Shown piece by piece: positions 14,967-24,113 of a DNA stretch of 64,000 nucleotides. Position 1 is the first letter of the stretch. Each line of letters opens with the position of its first letter. Where the stretch lies: positions 954 through 64,953 of the forward strand of contig CAVGCV010000010.1 in the NCBI GenBank assembly GCA_963627995.1, given 5' to 3'. The translations under genes and the position numbers were made by a program. The DNA is from a bacterium. Its GTDB lineage: Bacteria > Bacteroidota > Bacteroidia > Bacteroidales > Bacteroidaceae. The notes under the pieces were generated by a model. That model searched no databases, was not told the DNA's origin, and saw only the letters and a program-made list of their open reading frames with translations.

Positions 14967-17900
14967 TTAGAGGTTGATTTTCACCCCGACATTGAAACTA
15001 CGGTTAAGCGGAAGCATCCCCGTGTCGATGCCTTGGTATAGAACACTGTTTCCGCAGGAGAACTCCGGGTCTGTGCCCGTGTAGCGGCTGATGGTGAAAA
15101 GGTCGTTGCTCTCGGCCCAAACCGTGAGCCCTTGAATCCATGAGAGGTTGATGGGCAATTCGTAGGAGAGGCGGACATTTTTCAGCTTGAGGAAACTTCC
15201 ATCCTCAATCCAGCGGTCGGAGAAACGCTCGTTGTTCACCCAGTCGTCGCTCGTCGTGGCGCAGGCTCGCGGGATGTCCGTCACCTGGTTGTCGACCGTC
15301 CAGCGATTGACGGCGGCAATGGTTTGATTGTAGAAGCCATTGAGCGATTCGAGCTGGCTGCGCTGGTAGTTGTAGATGTCGTTGCCAAGCGAGTACTTGA
15401 AGTTGAAAGCCAGTGTCCACCGCTTGTAGTTGAAAGAGGTGTAGATGTTTCCGTAGATGTCGGGATTGGGGTCTCCGATGATGGTCTTGTCGGCTTCGTT
15501 GATGACGCCCAATCCGTCCTCGTCGTTGAGATTGACGAAACGGACGTCGCCGGCGGAAAAGTTCTTGTATGGATTGTTCTTGATGCCTGTAGGATACTTC
15601 AAGAAGTCATTGCCGTTATAGGCGTGGGACGCCTCCTCGTAGGAACTGAACACGCCATTGGTCTTGTAGCCATAGAACACGCCGACAGGCTGTCCGACGG
15701 CTGTCTGGATTTCTGCGCCATAGATGTTGGTCGTGTAGTCCCCCTCAGGCAGGCTGATAATCTTGTTCTTGTAATGGCCGACGGATGCGCCCAGTTGCCA
15801 GTTGAAGTTCTTGTTGTTGATGACAATGGCATTGACATGGACGTCTGCTCCTACGTTGCGGAGCTTTCCTCCGTTTGTCCAATAGGCATCGAGCCCTGTC
15901 AGGTAGTTGTTGGCTTTCAGCGTAAGCAGGTTGCTGGTGTTGGCCACATAGAAGTCCACTCCTGCTTGGATGCGGTTGTTGAGGAACGAGCCTGCGAGTG
16001 CGGCATTGAAACGGCGCGTTGTTTCCCATTGGATTTCGGGATTCTCGATATTAACCAGTTGCAGGGCGGTGGCTTTCTGCAAGAACGATGACGATTGGAA
16101 GTAGGTGCGTGACACGGAGTAGGGGATGGCGTCGTTCCCGCTTTCGTCGTAGCCCAGCGTCAGCTTCAGGTGATTGATTCCTTTTGCCTTTTGCATCCAC
16201 TTTTCGTTGCTAAGAACCCATCCGAGTTGGAGCGACGGGAAAATCCCCCATTTCACGCCGAACATTTTGATTCCTTCGCTGGTGAACTTCCCAAAGCGGG
16301 ACGATGCCTCGGCACTCAGCGTGGCACTCGCGAAATAGGTGTTCTTGAAGTTGTAGGCACCATGTGCGTAATAGGCAAGGTTGCACCACTCGTCATTCGT
16401 TCCCTCCACGCTGCGGAAGCGAAGCGAGTTCTTCATGTCGGGCATCTTGTCGTTTCCCGTCTTGTAGCCCGTCATGTAGTTGTCGGAATAGGTGTTGCGG
16501 GTGAATCGGAAGCCTCCAAAGGCTTCGGCGTTGTGCGCTCCATAGTTGGCTTGCCAGTTGATGCGGAGGTCTTCGTAGATGGCGGTCTCTTTCCCGAAGA
16601 AACTTTTTACGACGGAGGTTACTTCGCCCAATCCTTCCAGGTTGTAGATGGGCGTTCCTGCCTCGGGCAGGTAGTATTTTTCATTGGTTCGGTTGAGCTG
16701 GTAGGCAAAGCGGTTGGTGACGTTGAGGTGCTTGTTGATTTCCCATTTCGGCATGATGTTGAGGTTGAACTGCGTCACCTCCTGGTTGTTTTTGTTGTCG
16801 CCGTCCCCATTGGCGAGAATCCAATAGGGGTTGGCCAATGCCGTGTTGTTGCCGAAACGGGATGCGAAGCTGAATGGATAGTTGTCGTCATTCACGTATT
16901 TTCCCGCATATACCGAGGATTGGTGCAGCTTGAAGTCGTCGCCTTTGTAATAGCTGTATTTGGAAAGGAATGGCGCTTGAATAAGGCCAAGGACATTGGG
17001 CGACGCAATGGTGCTTTCGCCATAGCTCTCGGCCCATCCGTTGTCTCGCAAGTTGTAGCTTAGGCGCGAATAGGTCACGTCGATTTGTGTCTCTAAGTTC
17101 TGGACGAGCTTGATGTCGGTGTTGAATCGGATGTTCAAGCGGCTGAAGTCGTTTTCTTTGGCCGTGGCGTTGGCGTTGGCGTAGCCTAACGAAAGACTGT
17201 ATTTTGCCACGTCGTCTCCTCCCTGTACGTTCACTTTGTAGTTTTGGGTAAAGGCTGTTCGGTAGAGCCCGTCGCTCCAGTCGGTGTTGTGGTGGTACAT
17301 GGGATACCAGTAATAGTCGGGATTGTCGTTGAGGAACGGAATAGAGTAGGCGGCCGTGGCATTCTTTTGTCCGTATTCAGTCGTTCCGATTATTTCGTTG
17401 AGGTAATTCTTGTACTGGTTGCCATTCATCATCTTTGTGTAGCTTGGTGCAAGCTCAAAGCCTCCAAAAAGGGAAACATTGATTTTTGTGGCCATGCTGC
17501 GCCCGCGTTTTGTGTTGATGATGACCACGCCGTTTCCGCCTCGTGCCCCGTAAAGGGCTGTCGCGTTTTTCAGCACCTCGACACTTTCCACATCCTCCGG
17601 GTCAATGCCTGCGAGGACGTTGTTGAAGAATCCTTCGTGAATGGAAGTGCGGTCGAGCTGCATGTCCATCATCATGCCGTCAAGGATGATGAGCGGCTGG
17701 GCGTTGAGGTTGATGGAACTTAGTCCGCGAATGAACATGGCTGCGCCTTGCCCCTGAAGTCCCGTTCGGTTAATGGTGTGGATGTCGCCGCCGAGCGCTT
17801 TCTCTATGTCGCTGTCAATGGAAATGGCACTCGACATGTTGATGGTGGCTGCTTTGTGGGCTGTGATGGACGTCTTTGGCTGGTAAAATCCTTTGAGCTT

Positions 17901-18275
17901 GCTGCTGTAAATGGCTGCGTCGGGAGCGGCGTTCCCGTCAAATGCGATTTGCAGGTCGTTGTATTCCGGGACGGTCACGTAAAGCGATGTGACAAATACG
18001 GGGACTTTGAGCGTGTAGCGTCCGTCCTCTCCCGTCATGGTGGAGTATCGTCCGTCGTTGAATGCTTGCACGCGCGCCCCATCAACGGGCTGCTTTGTTG
18101 CGGCGTCATAGACGAACCCGCTCACCTCTTTCATCTCGTACTTGGGAGCTCGGGACGTGCGTGGTCGCTCTGTAACGGTGCTGTCGGTTGATTCTTGGGC
18201 CAAGAGTGCGATGGAACTTGACAGCAATAGAACGGCTGCCGTGGCTCTCATAGGGCTTTGGGCTATGTTGAACAT
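14967..18275 (-). CDS. SusC/RagA-family TonB-dependent outer-membrane transporter (distal pair)
   Basis: 1102 aa. CarboxypepD_reg-like N-terminus (VSGFVYDAATKQPVDGARVQAF...GRYTLKVP), plug region (AMFIRGLSSINLNAQPLIILDG), and long beta-barrel. Confidence 0.9.
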   Translation of the reverse strand: MFNIAQSPMRATAAVLLLSSSIALLAQESTDSTVTERPRTSRAPKYEMKEVSGFVYDAATKQPVDGARVQAFNDGRYSTMTGEDGRYTLKVPVFVTSLYVTVPEYNDLQIAFDGNAAPDAAIYSSKLKGFYQPKTSITAHKAATINMSSAISIDSDIEKALGGDIHTINRTGLQGQGAAMFIRGLSSINLNAQPLIILDGMMMDMQLDRTSIHEGFFNNVLAGIDPEDVESVEVLKNATALYGARGGNGVVIINTKRGRSMATKINVSLFGGFELAPSYTKMMNGNQYKNYLNEIIGTTEYGQKNATAAYSIPFLNDNPDYYWYPMYHHNTDWSDGLYRTAFTQNYKVNVQGGDDVAKYSLSLGYANANATAKENDFSRLNIRFNTDIKLVQNLETQIDVTYSRLSYNLRDNGWAESYGESTIASPNVLGLIQAPFLSKYSYYKGDDFKLHQSSVYAGKYVNDDNYPFSFASRFGNNTALANPYWILANGDGDNKNNQEVTQFNLNIMPKWEINKHLNVTNRFAYQLNRTNEKYYLPEAGTPIYNLEGLGEVTSVVKSFFGKETAIYEDLRINWQANYGAHNAEAFGGFRFTRNTYSDNYMTGYKTGNDKMPDMKNSLRFRSVEGTNDEWCNLAYYAHGAYNFKNTYFASATLSAEASSRFGKFTSEGIKMFGVKWGIFPSLQLGWVLSNEKWMQKAKGINHLKLTLGYDESGNDAIPYSVSRTYFQSSSFLQKATALQLVNIENPEIQWETTRRFNAALAGSFLNNRIQAGVDFYVANTSNLLTLKANNYLTGLDAYWTNGGKLRNVGADVHVNAIVINNKNFNWQLGASVGHYKNKIISLPEGDYTTNIYGAEIQTAVGQPVGVFYGYKTNGVFSSYEEASHAYNGNDFLKYPTGIKNNPYKNFSAGDVRFVNLNDEDGLGVINEADKTIIGDPNPDIYGNIYTSFNYKRWTLAFNFKYSLGNDIYNYQRSQLESLNGFYNQTIAAVNRWTVDNQVTDIPRACATTSDDWVNNERFSDRWIEDGSFLKLKNVRLSYELPINLSWIQGLTVWAESNDLFTISRYTGTDPEFSCGNSVLYQGIDTGMLPLNRSFNVGVKINL

Positions 18276-18353
18276 AATGGAGGGTTGTTATTTGGGGAGA
18301 GAAAAAGGCTTCTCTCTGGTTTTTCACTTCTGTTGATGGTCGTAAGGATGCGT

Positions 18354-20159
18354 TTACTCCTCTTCGCTGATTTTCGGCACGAGTACGATTTTCTCGATGA
18401 GCAGCTCGTTGGTGTAGAGGTTTCTCTCGCTGCTGGGGCGATAAGACTGGAGGGTCAGCGTGGCGTATGCATAATCGGACAGGCCGTAGTAGCACACGGG
18501 AAACTCGAAGTCCTTGGCCAGCAGCACGCTGTCGCAGTAATGGAATTGGTTGTTTTCATCCACGTAGGGCTCTTTCGTATAAAAGTCTCTCGCCTTTGTC
18601 GTGGGGTCTGTGTACAAAACCTCATTTTTAGTCTTGCTGGATGTCCCGTCATGGTAGGTCATGGTCGCACGAAGGCGGTAGGGCCGCTTTTCGTCGTTGT
18701 TGTAGGCCATGACGGCATAGACGTCATATTTGCAAGAGAGTGTGTTGTGGAGAGCGAACGTGACGGTGTTGTTGACTGTGTAGTTCGCACCCGGCGCTTT
18801 CAGAACAGAGATTCTAATCACGGTGTCGCGAGGTGTGACGATTGTCTTTTCTACCCCGTCTTGCATGACTTGTTCTTTGATGTAGTATGTGTATTTTACA
18901 TTGAGGCGTTGTACACTTGGTCTGATGCATCGGCTATATGTCTCACAATAGTATGCGTTGTAAACTTTTTCTTGTGCCCAAGTGTCCTCTGGTGAAAAGT
19001 TGTAATTGTCCACCACATAGGCATAGCCGTTGCTAAGGACGACGGGTTCGACCTTGTCAAACAGCCTTGCACTTTGAGGGTCTTGGAACACCTTGCCGAC
19101 AGTGTTGGTCAAAGAGTCGCATTTCCCCTCTTGCGAAAAGTCCGTATATGAATGCCCGTATTGCTCGTTCACGTTGAATGTTAAGTTGCGCGTGATGACG
19201 TCTTTCACATTGTATCCCGTGATGGAGTCCAATTCTGCATCCGAGAATTTCTTGGTTCTTGTCTCCTTTGTCTCTGTTCCGTCGGACGCAATGGATGTGA
19301 CGACGCTCTGTGAATATTCGGGCATATACTTGTAATACTTCGCAATTTCCTCGTATGCGGCATCCCATGCCTTGTTGGTGGGCATAACCATTGCATAGAG
19401 ACTGTCCTCGCGATTGAGATGGGCTCTCATCTCGTTGGTAAGGTAAGTGTTCCTGATGGTCGTTACCGAGTCGACCCATGTGATGTTTCCGTCGATGGTG
19501 GGTCCTTGGGTGCTGGCGTCTTCATCGAAAGCAAGCTCTTCGTTCTCTTTGATGAATGCGTTCAGCGAGTCGATGCCCTGGCCGTCAGAAAGGTATTCGT
19601 AGAGATTGGGCTGGTATTCGATCGCTCCGTCCGTGACGTGGAGAACCCCATTCGATGTGCCGATGTTGTGTTGAATAATCTTTTGCCCTTTTATGGTGGC
19701 GTTCCCGCAATCAAAGACGGCTGTCTTGCTGTTGAAGAGGGCAAGCTGTGTGGCATTCCCACCCATGAGCAGATGGCTGAAACGTGTCATGCAATTTCGA
19801 ATGAGTTCTTTTTCAACCTTATAGGCGCTCGACTGCGTCTTGTCGTTGAGCAGGGCGTTCCATCTCTCGTAATCGAATGTGCCGTTTTGAGGTACCCACA
19901 AGGTGAATACCTGGTCGTGATTCAGCAAATCAGCATACGTCTGTGACGTTGTGCTTCCTTCCGATTTTGAATAATGGACTCTCGACAGAATGTCGGCAAA
20001 CTCACTGAGATTTTTTTGCGAGGATATATTCTCCCACAAGGTGGTGCGTCTGGCAACCTCGGGGTCGATGGTGAAATGGTCGTCGGAGCAAGACTGGCCG
20101 CAGAGCATGGATGCTGCCAAAATTGTGCCTGTGCACCATTTGAAAAAACTTTTATTCAT
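18354..20159 (-). CDS. Fasciclin (FAS1) domain lipoprotein
   Basis: 601 aa. Signal plus lipobox (MLCGQSCSDD). FAS1-like signatures NLSEFADILSRV...VFTLWVPQNGTF...SNGVLHVTDGAIEYQP. Confidence 0.75.
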   Translation of the reverse strand: MNKSFFKWCTGTILAASMLCGQSCSDDHFTIDPEVARRTTLWENISSQKNLSEFADILSRVHYSKSEGSTTSQTYADLLNHDQVFTLWVPQNGTFDYERWNALLNDKTQSSAYKVEKELIRNCMTRFSHLLMGGNATQLALFNSKTAVFDCGNATIKGQKIIQHNIGTSNGVLHVTDGAIEYQPNLYEYLSDGQGIDSLNAFIKENEELAFDEDASTQGPTIDGNITWVDSVTTIRNTYLTNEMRAHLNREDSLYAMVMPTNKAWDAAYEEIAKYYKYMPEYSQSVVTSIASDGTETKETRTKKFSDAELDSITGYNVKDVITRNLTFNVNEQYGHSYTDFSQEGKCDSLTNTVGKVFQDPQSARLFDKVEPVVLSNGYAYVVDNYNFSPEDTWAQEKVYNAYYCETYSRCIRPSVQRLNVKYTYYIKEQVMQDGVEKTIVTPRDTVIRISVLKAPGANYTVNNTVTFALHNTLSCKYDVYAVMAYNNDEKRPYRLRATMTYHDGTSSKTKNEVLYTDPTTKARDFYTKEPYVDENNQFHYCDSVLLAKDFEFPVCYYGLSDYAYATLTLQSYRPSSERNLYTNELLIEKIVLVPKISEEE

Positions 20160-20199
20160 ATTGGTCTTGTTTTATCGTAGGGAAATAAGATTTCTTCCT

Positions 20200-22257
20200 T
20201 TACCATTTGTCTTCGGCGACATCCCCATTGTAAATGGACTTGGGAACCAGCTCGAGATAGTCATAGAAGAACTGCGTCTCACTGCTGGAAAGGACGGACT
20301 TGAAACGTATGTAATAGGTCTCTCCGGCATTGAGTTGTCCGGTGAAGATGATTCGGCGTATGCAGTTCTGGTAATTTCGTCCTGGAACTCCTGACGCGGG
20401 GCAGAAGTATTTCGGGCCTTTCATGTAGCTGTTGTTGCGCATTTGCTTGTCAAGTTCGTTGATGGCTTCGTCGGAGCCCAATTCTGCGTCGCTTTTCCAT
20501 CCCACCAAGGGACTGTTGCCGCTGATGCGCAGGTCGAGAGGGATTCCGATGGCTGGCAGGTTGTTGGGGTTTGTTCCGACATACACCTGCGCCATGCCGC
20601 GATTGCCGTTGGCATTGATTCCATATCGGATTTCATAAGTGCCGGTGTAAGGAACAGGGGGGAGTTTCATGACAAAGTCGTATTTTCCACGGATGTTGAA
20701 CTCGTCCGACTGGTAGTTGTCCCACGAGCCTGCACCGCCTGACCCGTTCTTGTTGGGCAGATAGCCGAACACCGTGTTTTGCGACATGGAGGGGATGTTC
20801 TCAAAATAGGTTGCGGGGAAGTACCAGTTGTTCGTGCGATTGAGACGGCATCCTGCGGAAATCATTTCGGGAAGCAAGGAGCAGATGTCGTACCGCATTC
20901 GCTCATTCAGCACTTTGGTTGGAACGTCTTCCGTCCAAAGCAAGAGGTCGTTGATGGGGAAGTAGTATCCGTTCAGCGCATTGTTGTCGTGTGTGCCGTT
21001 GGTTTGGTTAATCGCAATGCCCTCGATGGACACCTGCGACGCAATCTCGCGGTAGTTGGAAAGATTGTATGCGGAGCAGCGGTTGATTCGTTTCTGGTTA
21101 TTGCGGATTCCTGTGATTTTTATGCTGCGGCGATGTTTCCCGATGGTTTCCCAATATTCCCATACATTGACGCGGAACTGCTTTCCGTCGTTCAGCTTTC
21201 CATTGTAGAACCCATACTCGTTCGACCATGTCACCATGTTGCTCCAATCAAGTCCGACGCGCAAGATATGATAGGCGACGAATTGGTTGATGGCATTGTC
21301 CTCACTTTCGTAGTCATCGCCGTAGCTGGTGTTTTCATCGTAGTAGGCGTTATCGCGAAGATAGCCTTTCAGCGACTCTATGTCGGTGATACCCTTCGCG
21401 TTGAACACCGAGTCGGTTTCCACGAACATCGTGTATTTCAAATAGCGATGAAGGGGATACATCCCGGAAAGACCTGCATCGGAGGGATGGGTATAAGCTG
21501 TTCCTGCAATCTTCACCCCATTCCATTCAATTTCATCATAGTCATAGTCGCGGTAGTCGGTCAGTTTCCTTTCCCAGCCGGTCAGCCGTAAAAGACTGCC
21601 GAAGAACTGCGTGTTTTCCGTGCTCTGTACAAGGTCTCCAACCGTTGCGTTTGAGGGCGAAATCACCTTGTTGATGGTATGGATATACCCATTCTCGACC
21701 TCGATGTCTTTCTCGATGACTTTCGAATAGTTGTTGATGTAAATTTCGGTCGCCCCCGTCTCGTCGTTCCCGTAGGTCACCCGAATAGGGCGGTCGTTCA
21801 TGTTGTTGGTTGGCATGGGGTCGTCGAAAGACGTTGAGGCGTAGGCCGTGTTGTTCTCTGTGTCAATGATGCTGTTGAAGACAATTGCCTCGGCAACAGA
21901 GTCGGTGATGGTCTCCAAAGACGGCGACGCAATCGTTCCAATCTGGTAAAGCGAGTCCAAATACTCCTGGATGGCGTCGTTGGTCGGTGCGAAGCAGGTG
22001 TAGTGTCCACGGGCAGAAAGAAGCTCGTGCATGGTGGACACGGAGTGTGCGCTTGGATGAACCCTGTCAAGAATCTGAAGATAGCTGCTGAACGTATTGG
22101 GATTATTGACGAAATGGTCTATCATCATTTCACCCGTGAACGTATAGAGGTCGCTGTCGTCGATGTTCTCCTTGCAGCTGTTGAGGCTGATGCAAGATGC
22201 AACCGCAAGCATCATGCCGCAGACCACTTGTCTGTTGAATATATTCATGTGTTTCAT
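20200..22257 (-). CDS. Fasciclin (FAS1) domain lipoprotein
   Basis: 685 aa. Lipoprotein signal (LAVASCISLNSCKEN). FAS1 signatures FSSYLQILDRV...YTCFAPTNDAIQEYL...NGYIHTINKVISPS. Confidence 0.75.
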   Translation of the reverse strand: MKHMNIFNRQVVCGMMLAVASCISLNSCKENIDDSDLYTFTGEMMIDHFVNNPNTFSSYLQILDRVHPSAHSVSTMHELLSARGHYTCFAPTNDAIQEYLDSLYQIGTIASPSLETITDSVAEAIVFNSIIDTENNTAYASTSFDDPMPTNNMNDRPIRVTYGNDETGATEIYINNYSKVIEKDIEVENGYIHTINKVISPSNATVGDLVQSTENTQFFGSLLRLTGWERKLTDYRDYDYDEIEWNGVKIAGTAYTHPSDAGLSGMYPLHRYLKYTMFVETDSVFNAKGITDIESLKGYLRDNAYYDENTSYGDDYESEDNAINQFVAYHILRVGLDWSNMVTWSNEYGFYNGKLNDGKQFRVNVWEYWETIGKHRRSIKITGIRNNQKRINRCSAYNLSNYREIASQVSIEGIAINQTNGTHDNNALNGYYFPINDLLLWTEDVPTKVLNERMRYDICSLLPEMISAGCRLNRTNNWYFPATYFENIPSMSQNTVFGYLPNKNGSGGAGSWDNYQSDEFNIRGKYDFVMKLPPVPYTGTYEIRYGINANGNRGMAQVYVGTNPNNLPAIGIPLDLRISGNSPLVGWKSDAELGSDEAINELDKQMRNNSYMKGPKYFCPASGVPGRNYQNCIRRIIFTGQLNAGETYYIRFKSVLSSSETQFFYDYLELVPKSIYNGDVAEDKW

Positions 22258-22261
22258 GAGC

Positions 22262-24070
22262 TTAATTTGTTTCGTCGATTCTTGAAGTGTTCTTTGACGT
22301 CTCCCACACCTCGTTTTGGTGAAGTAGCGTGTTGTTCCTCATCTGGTAGGTGTAGATGGGGGAGAAGAGCGACTTCATGGAGGCCAGTTTCGCCATGACC
22401 GCTTTCTTGTTGTCGTTGTATTTCCTAATGAGAAGTGTCAGCATCTCAACCGTGTTGCCTCGACGTTGTGCATAACGGACGAGGTCGAACCATCGCTTCC
22501 CCTCGCCAAAAAACTCGCGCTGGCGTTCAGCCATGACCAGGGACTCGATGCCATCGGGCGTGTTGAATGCTTCAAAGTTGAGCGAGTCTGCAGCCGCTGG
22601 TTTGTTGAGGTAGGCATAGGGGTTGGAGCGTCTGAACACTTCGCGCACCAAGGCGAAAGCCTCTTTCAAGTGTTCTTCGTCAGAGTAGAGTTGGCTCATG
22701 GCCTCGGCCTTCATCAGTACGACATCGCTTAGTCGATAGACAATCCAGTTGGCGGAGTTGGGGAGAGAGCGAGTGGTCGAAGTTGCCGAGATCGCATTGT
22801 TGTCGTTCATGCCCGACCCGCTTGTGCTCGTTTGCCAATAGTGGGAATAGGTGTATTTTGCCATGGGGAAGTCCGTTTGGTCTGCTCCCGTGTAGCGCGC
22901 GGTCTCCCATTTTCTGTAATCTGTTTTTGTGAACACGTGCCCGGGGATAGGGGCATTGGGGCTTTCATCAACGCCCTCTATGATGTTGTTGGAGCAAACC
23001 AATGTCCCGCTCTTCACTTCCTTGATGTTCCAAAAAAGACTGGTCAGCATGGTGTTGGCGTCGTTTGTCCCGTCTAATTGGAGCTCGAAGATACTTTCGC
23101 GTGAGTTGCCTGTTCCAAAAATGGACGTATAAGGGGTTTCGCCATCGAGATACCCATACGTCGAGGCGGATGAGGCGTTCTGTATGAACAGGTCGCTCAA
23201 AGAAACCTCATCCACTCCGCCAATGACTTGGCCGCTTTTGTTGATGGATTTCTTGTAGTCTGCCAACATCTGTTCAATCACCCAGTCGCAGCATTCCACG
23301 CATTTCTGGTAGTCTTCTTCGGCAGGCGACCCCTTGGCCTCCGACATTCCAGCCTTGTAGCTGGCGCGCCAAAGATACACATCGGCCAGCAGCGTATAGA
23401 CCGACTTTTTGGTAATCCGACCTTTGTTCTTGGCGTTGGTGCCGTAGTCGTTCATGGCGATGTCCTTGGCTTCCTCCAAGTCCATGATGATGCTGTCGAG
23501 TACTTCTATTTGTGTGGATTGGGGCAGGCGTAGGTCCTGGCCATTGTTGTTGTAGTCGATGGTGACGTAGGGGATTTCCCCAAACGTGCGGACGAGGTAG
23601 AAATGGCTGAGGGCTCGCAAAGCCAACATCTCGGCTTTGATGGGCTTCCAGTCGCCGACAGAGAAACTTTCATCTTTTGCGATAATTGCATCCCCATGGG
23701 CGAGCACCTTGTTGCAATAGTTGATTTCATTGTAGAAGTCCGTCCAGTCGAACATTCCGTTGGTCGGGAGCAGGTTGGCGTTCATGAGGTTGGTCACATC
23801 GTTGTTGGTGACTCCCGAGTTCTTCTCGAAGTTGTCGGAGCGCATCTCCCCCCACTGAATGTACTTCACGAGCAAGTCCTCTTTGACGAGGCGGCCATAA
23901 CAGGCGTTCACAGTGTTCAGAAGGTCGTTCTTGTCCTCCCAATAGTCTTCCTCCACAATCCTGTTGGTCGGCGTAATGGTGAGGAAGTCTTCGCAGGAAC
24001 AGAGTGTGGCATTTGCGGCCACAGCCATTGTTCCATAGAGGAATATGTTTTTTATGCTATGATACTTCAT
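22262..24070 (-). CDS. SusD/RagB-family outer-membrane lipoprotein (proximal pair)
   Basis: 602 aa. MKYHSIKNIFLYGTMAVAANATLCSCEDFLTITP lipoprotein start. YWEDKNDLLNTVNACYGRL and WGEMRSDN blocks are typical of SusD-like proteins. Directly follows a SusC gene. Confidence 0.9.
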   Translation of the reverse strand: MKYHSIKNIFLYGTMAVAANATLCSCEDFLTITPTNRIVEEDYWEDKNDLLNTVNACYGRLVKEDLLVKYIQWGEMRSDNFEKNSGVTNNDVTNLMNANLLPTNGMFDWTDFYNEINYCNKVLAHGDAIIAKDESFSVGDWKPIKAEMLALRALSHFYLVRTFGEIPYVTIDYNNNGQDLRLPQSTQIEVLDSIIMDLEEAKDIAMNDYGTNAKNKGRITKKSVYTLLADVYLWRASYKAGMSEAKGSPAEEDYQKCVECCDWVIEQMLADYKKSINKSGQVIGGVDEVSLSDLFIQNASSASTYGYLDGETPYTSIFGTGNSRESIFELQLDGTNDANTMLTSLFWNIKEVKSGTLVCSNNIIEGVDESPNAPIPGHVFTKTDYRKWETARYTGADQTDFPMAKYTYSHYWQTSTSGSGMNDNNAISATSTTRSLPNSANWIVYRLSDVVLMKAEAMSQLYSDEEHLKEAFALVREVFRRSNPYAYLNKPAAADSLNFEAFNTPDGIESLVMAERQREFFGEGKRWFDLVRYAQRRGNTVEMLTLLIRKYNDNKKAVMAKLASMKSLFSPIYTYQMRNNTLLHQNEVWETSKNTSRIDETN

Positions 24071-24113
24071 GGGATTGGTTTTTACAGCTTTTTCAATAGG
24101 TATGTAAGGAGCG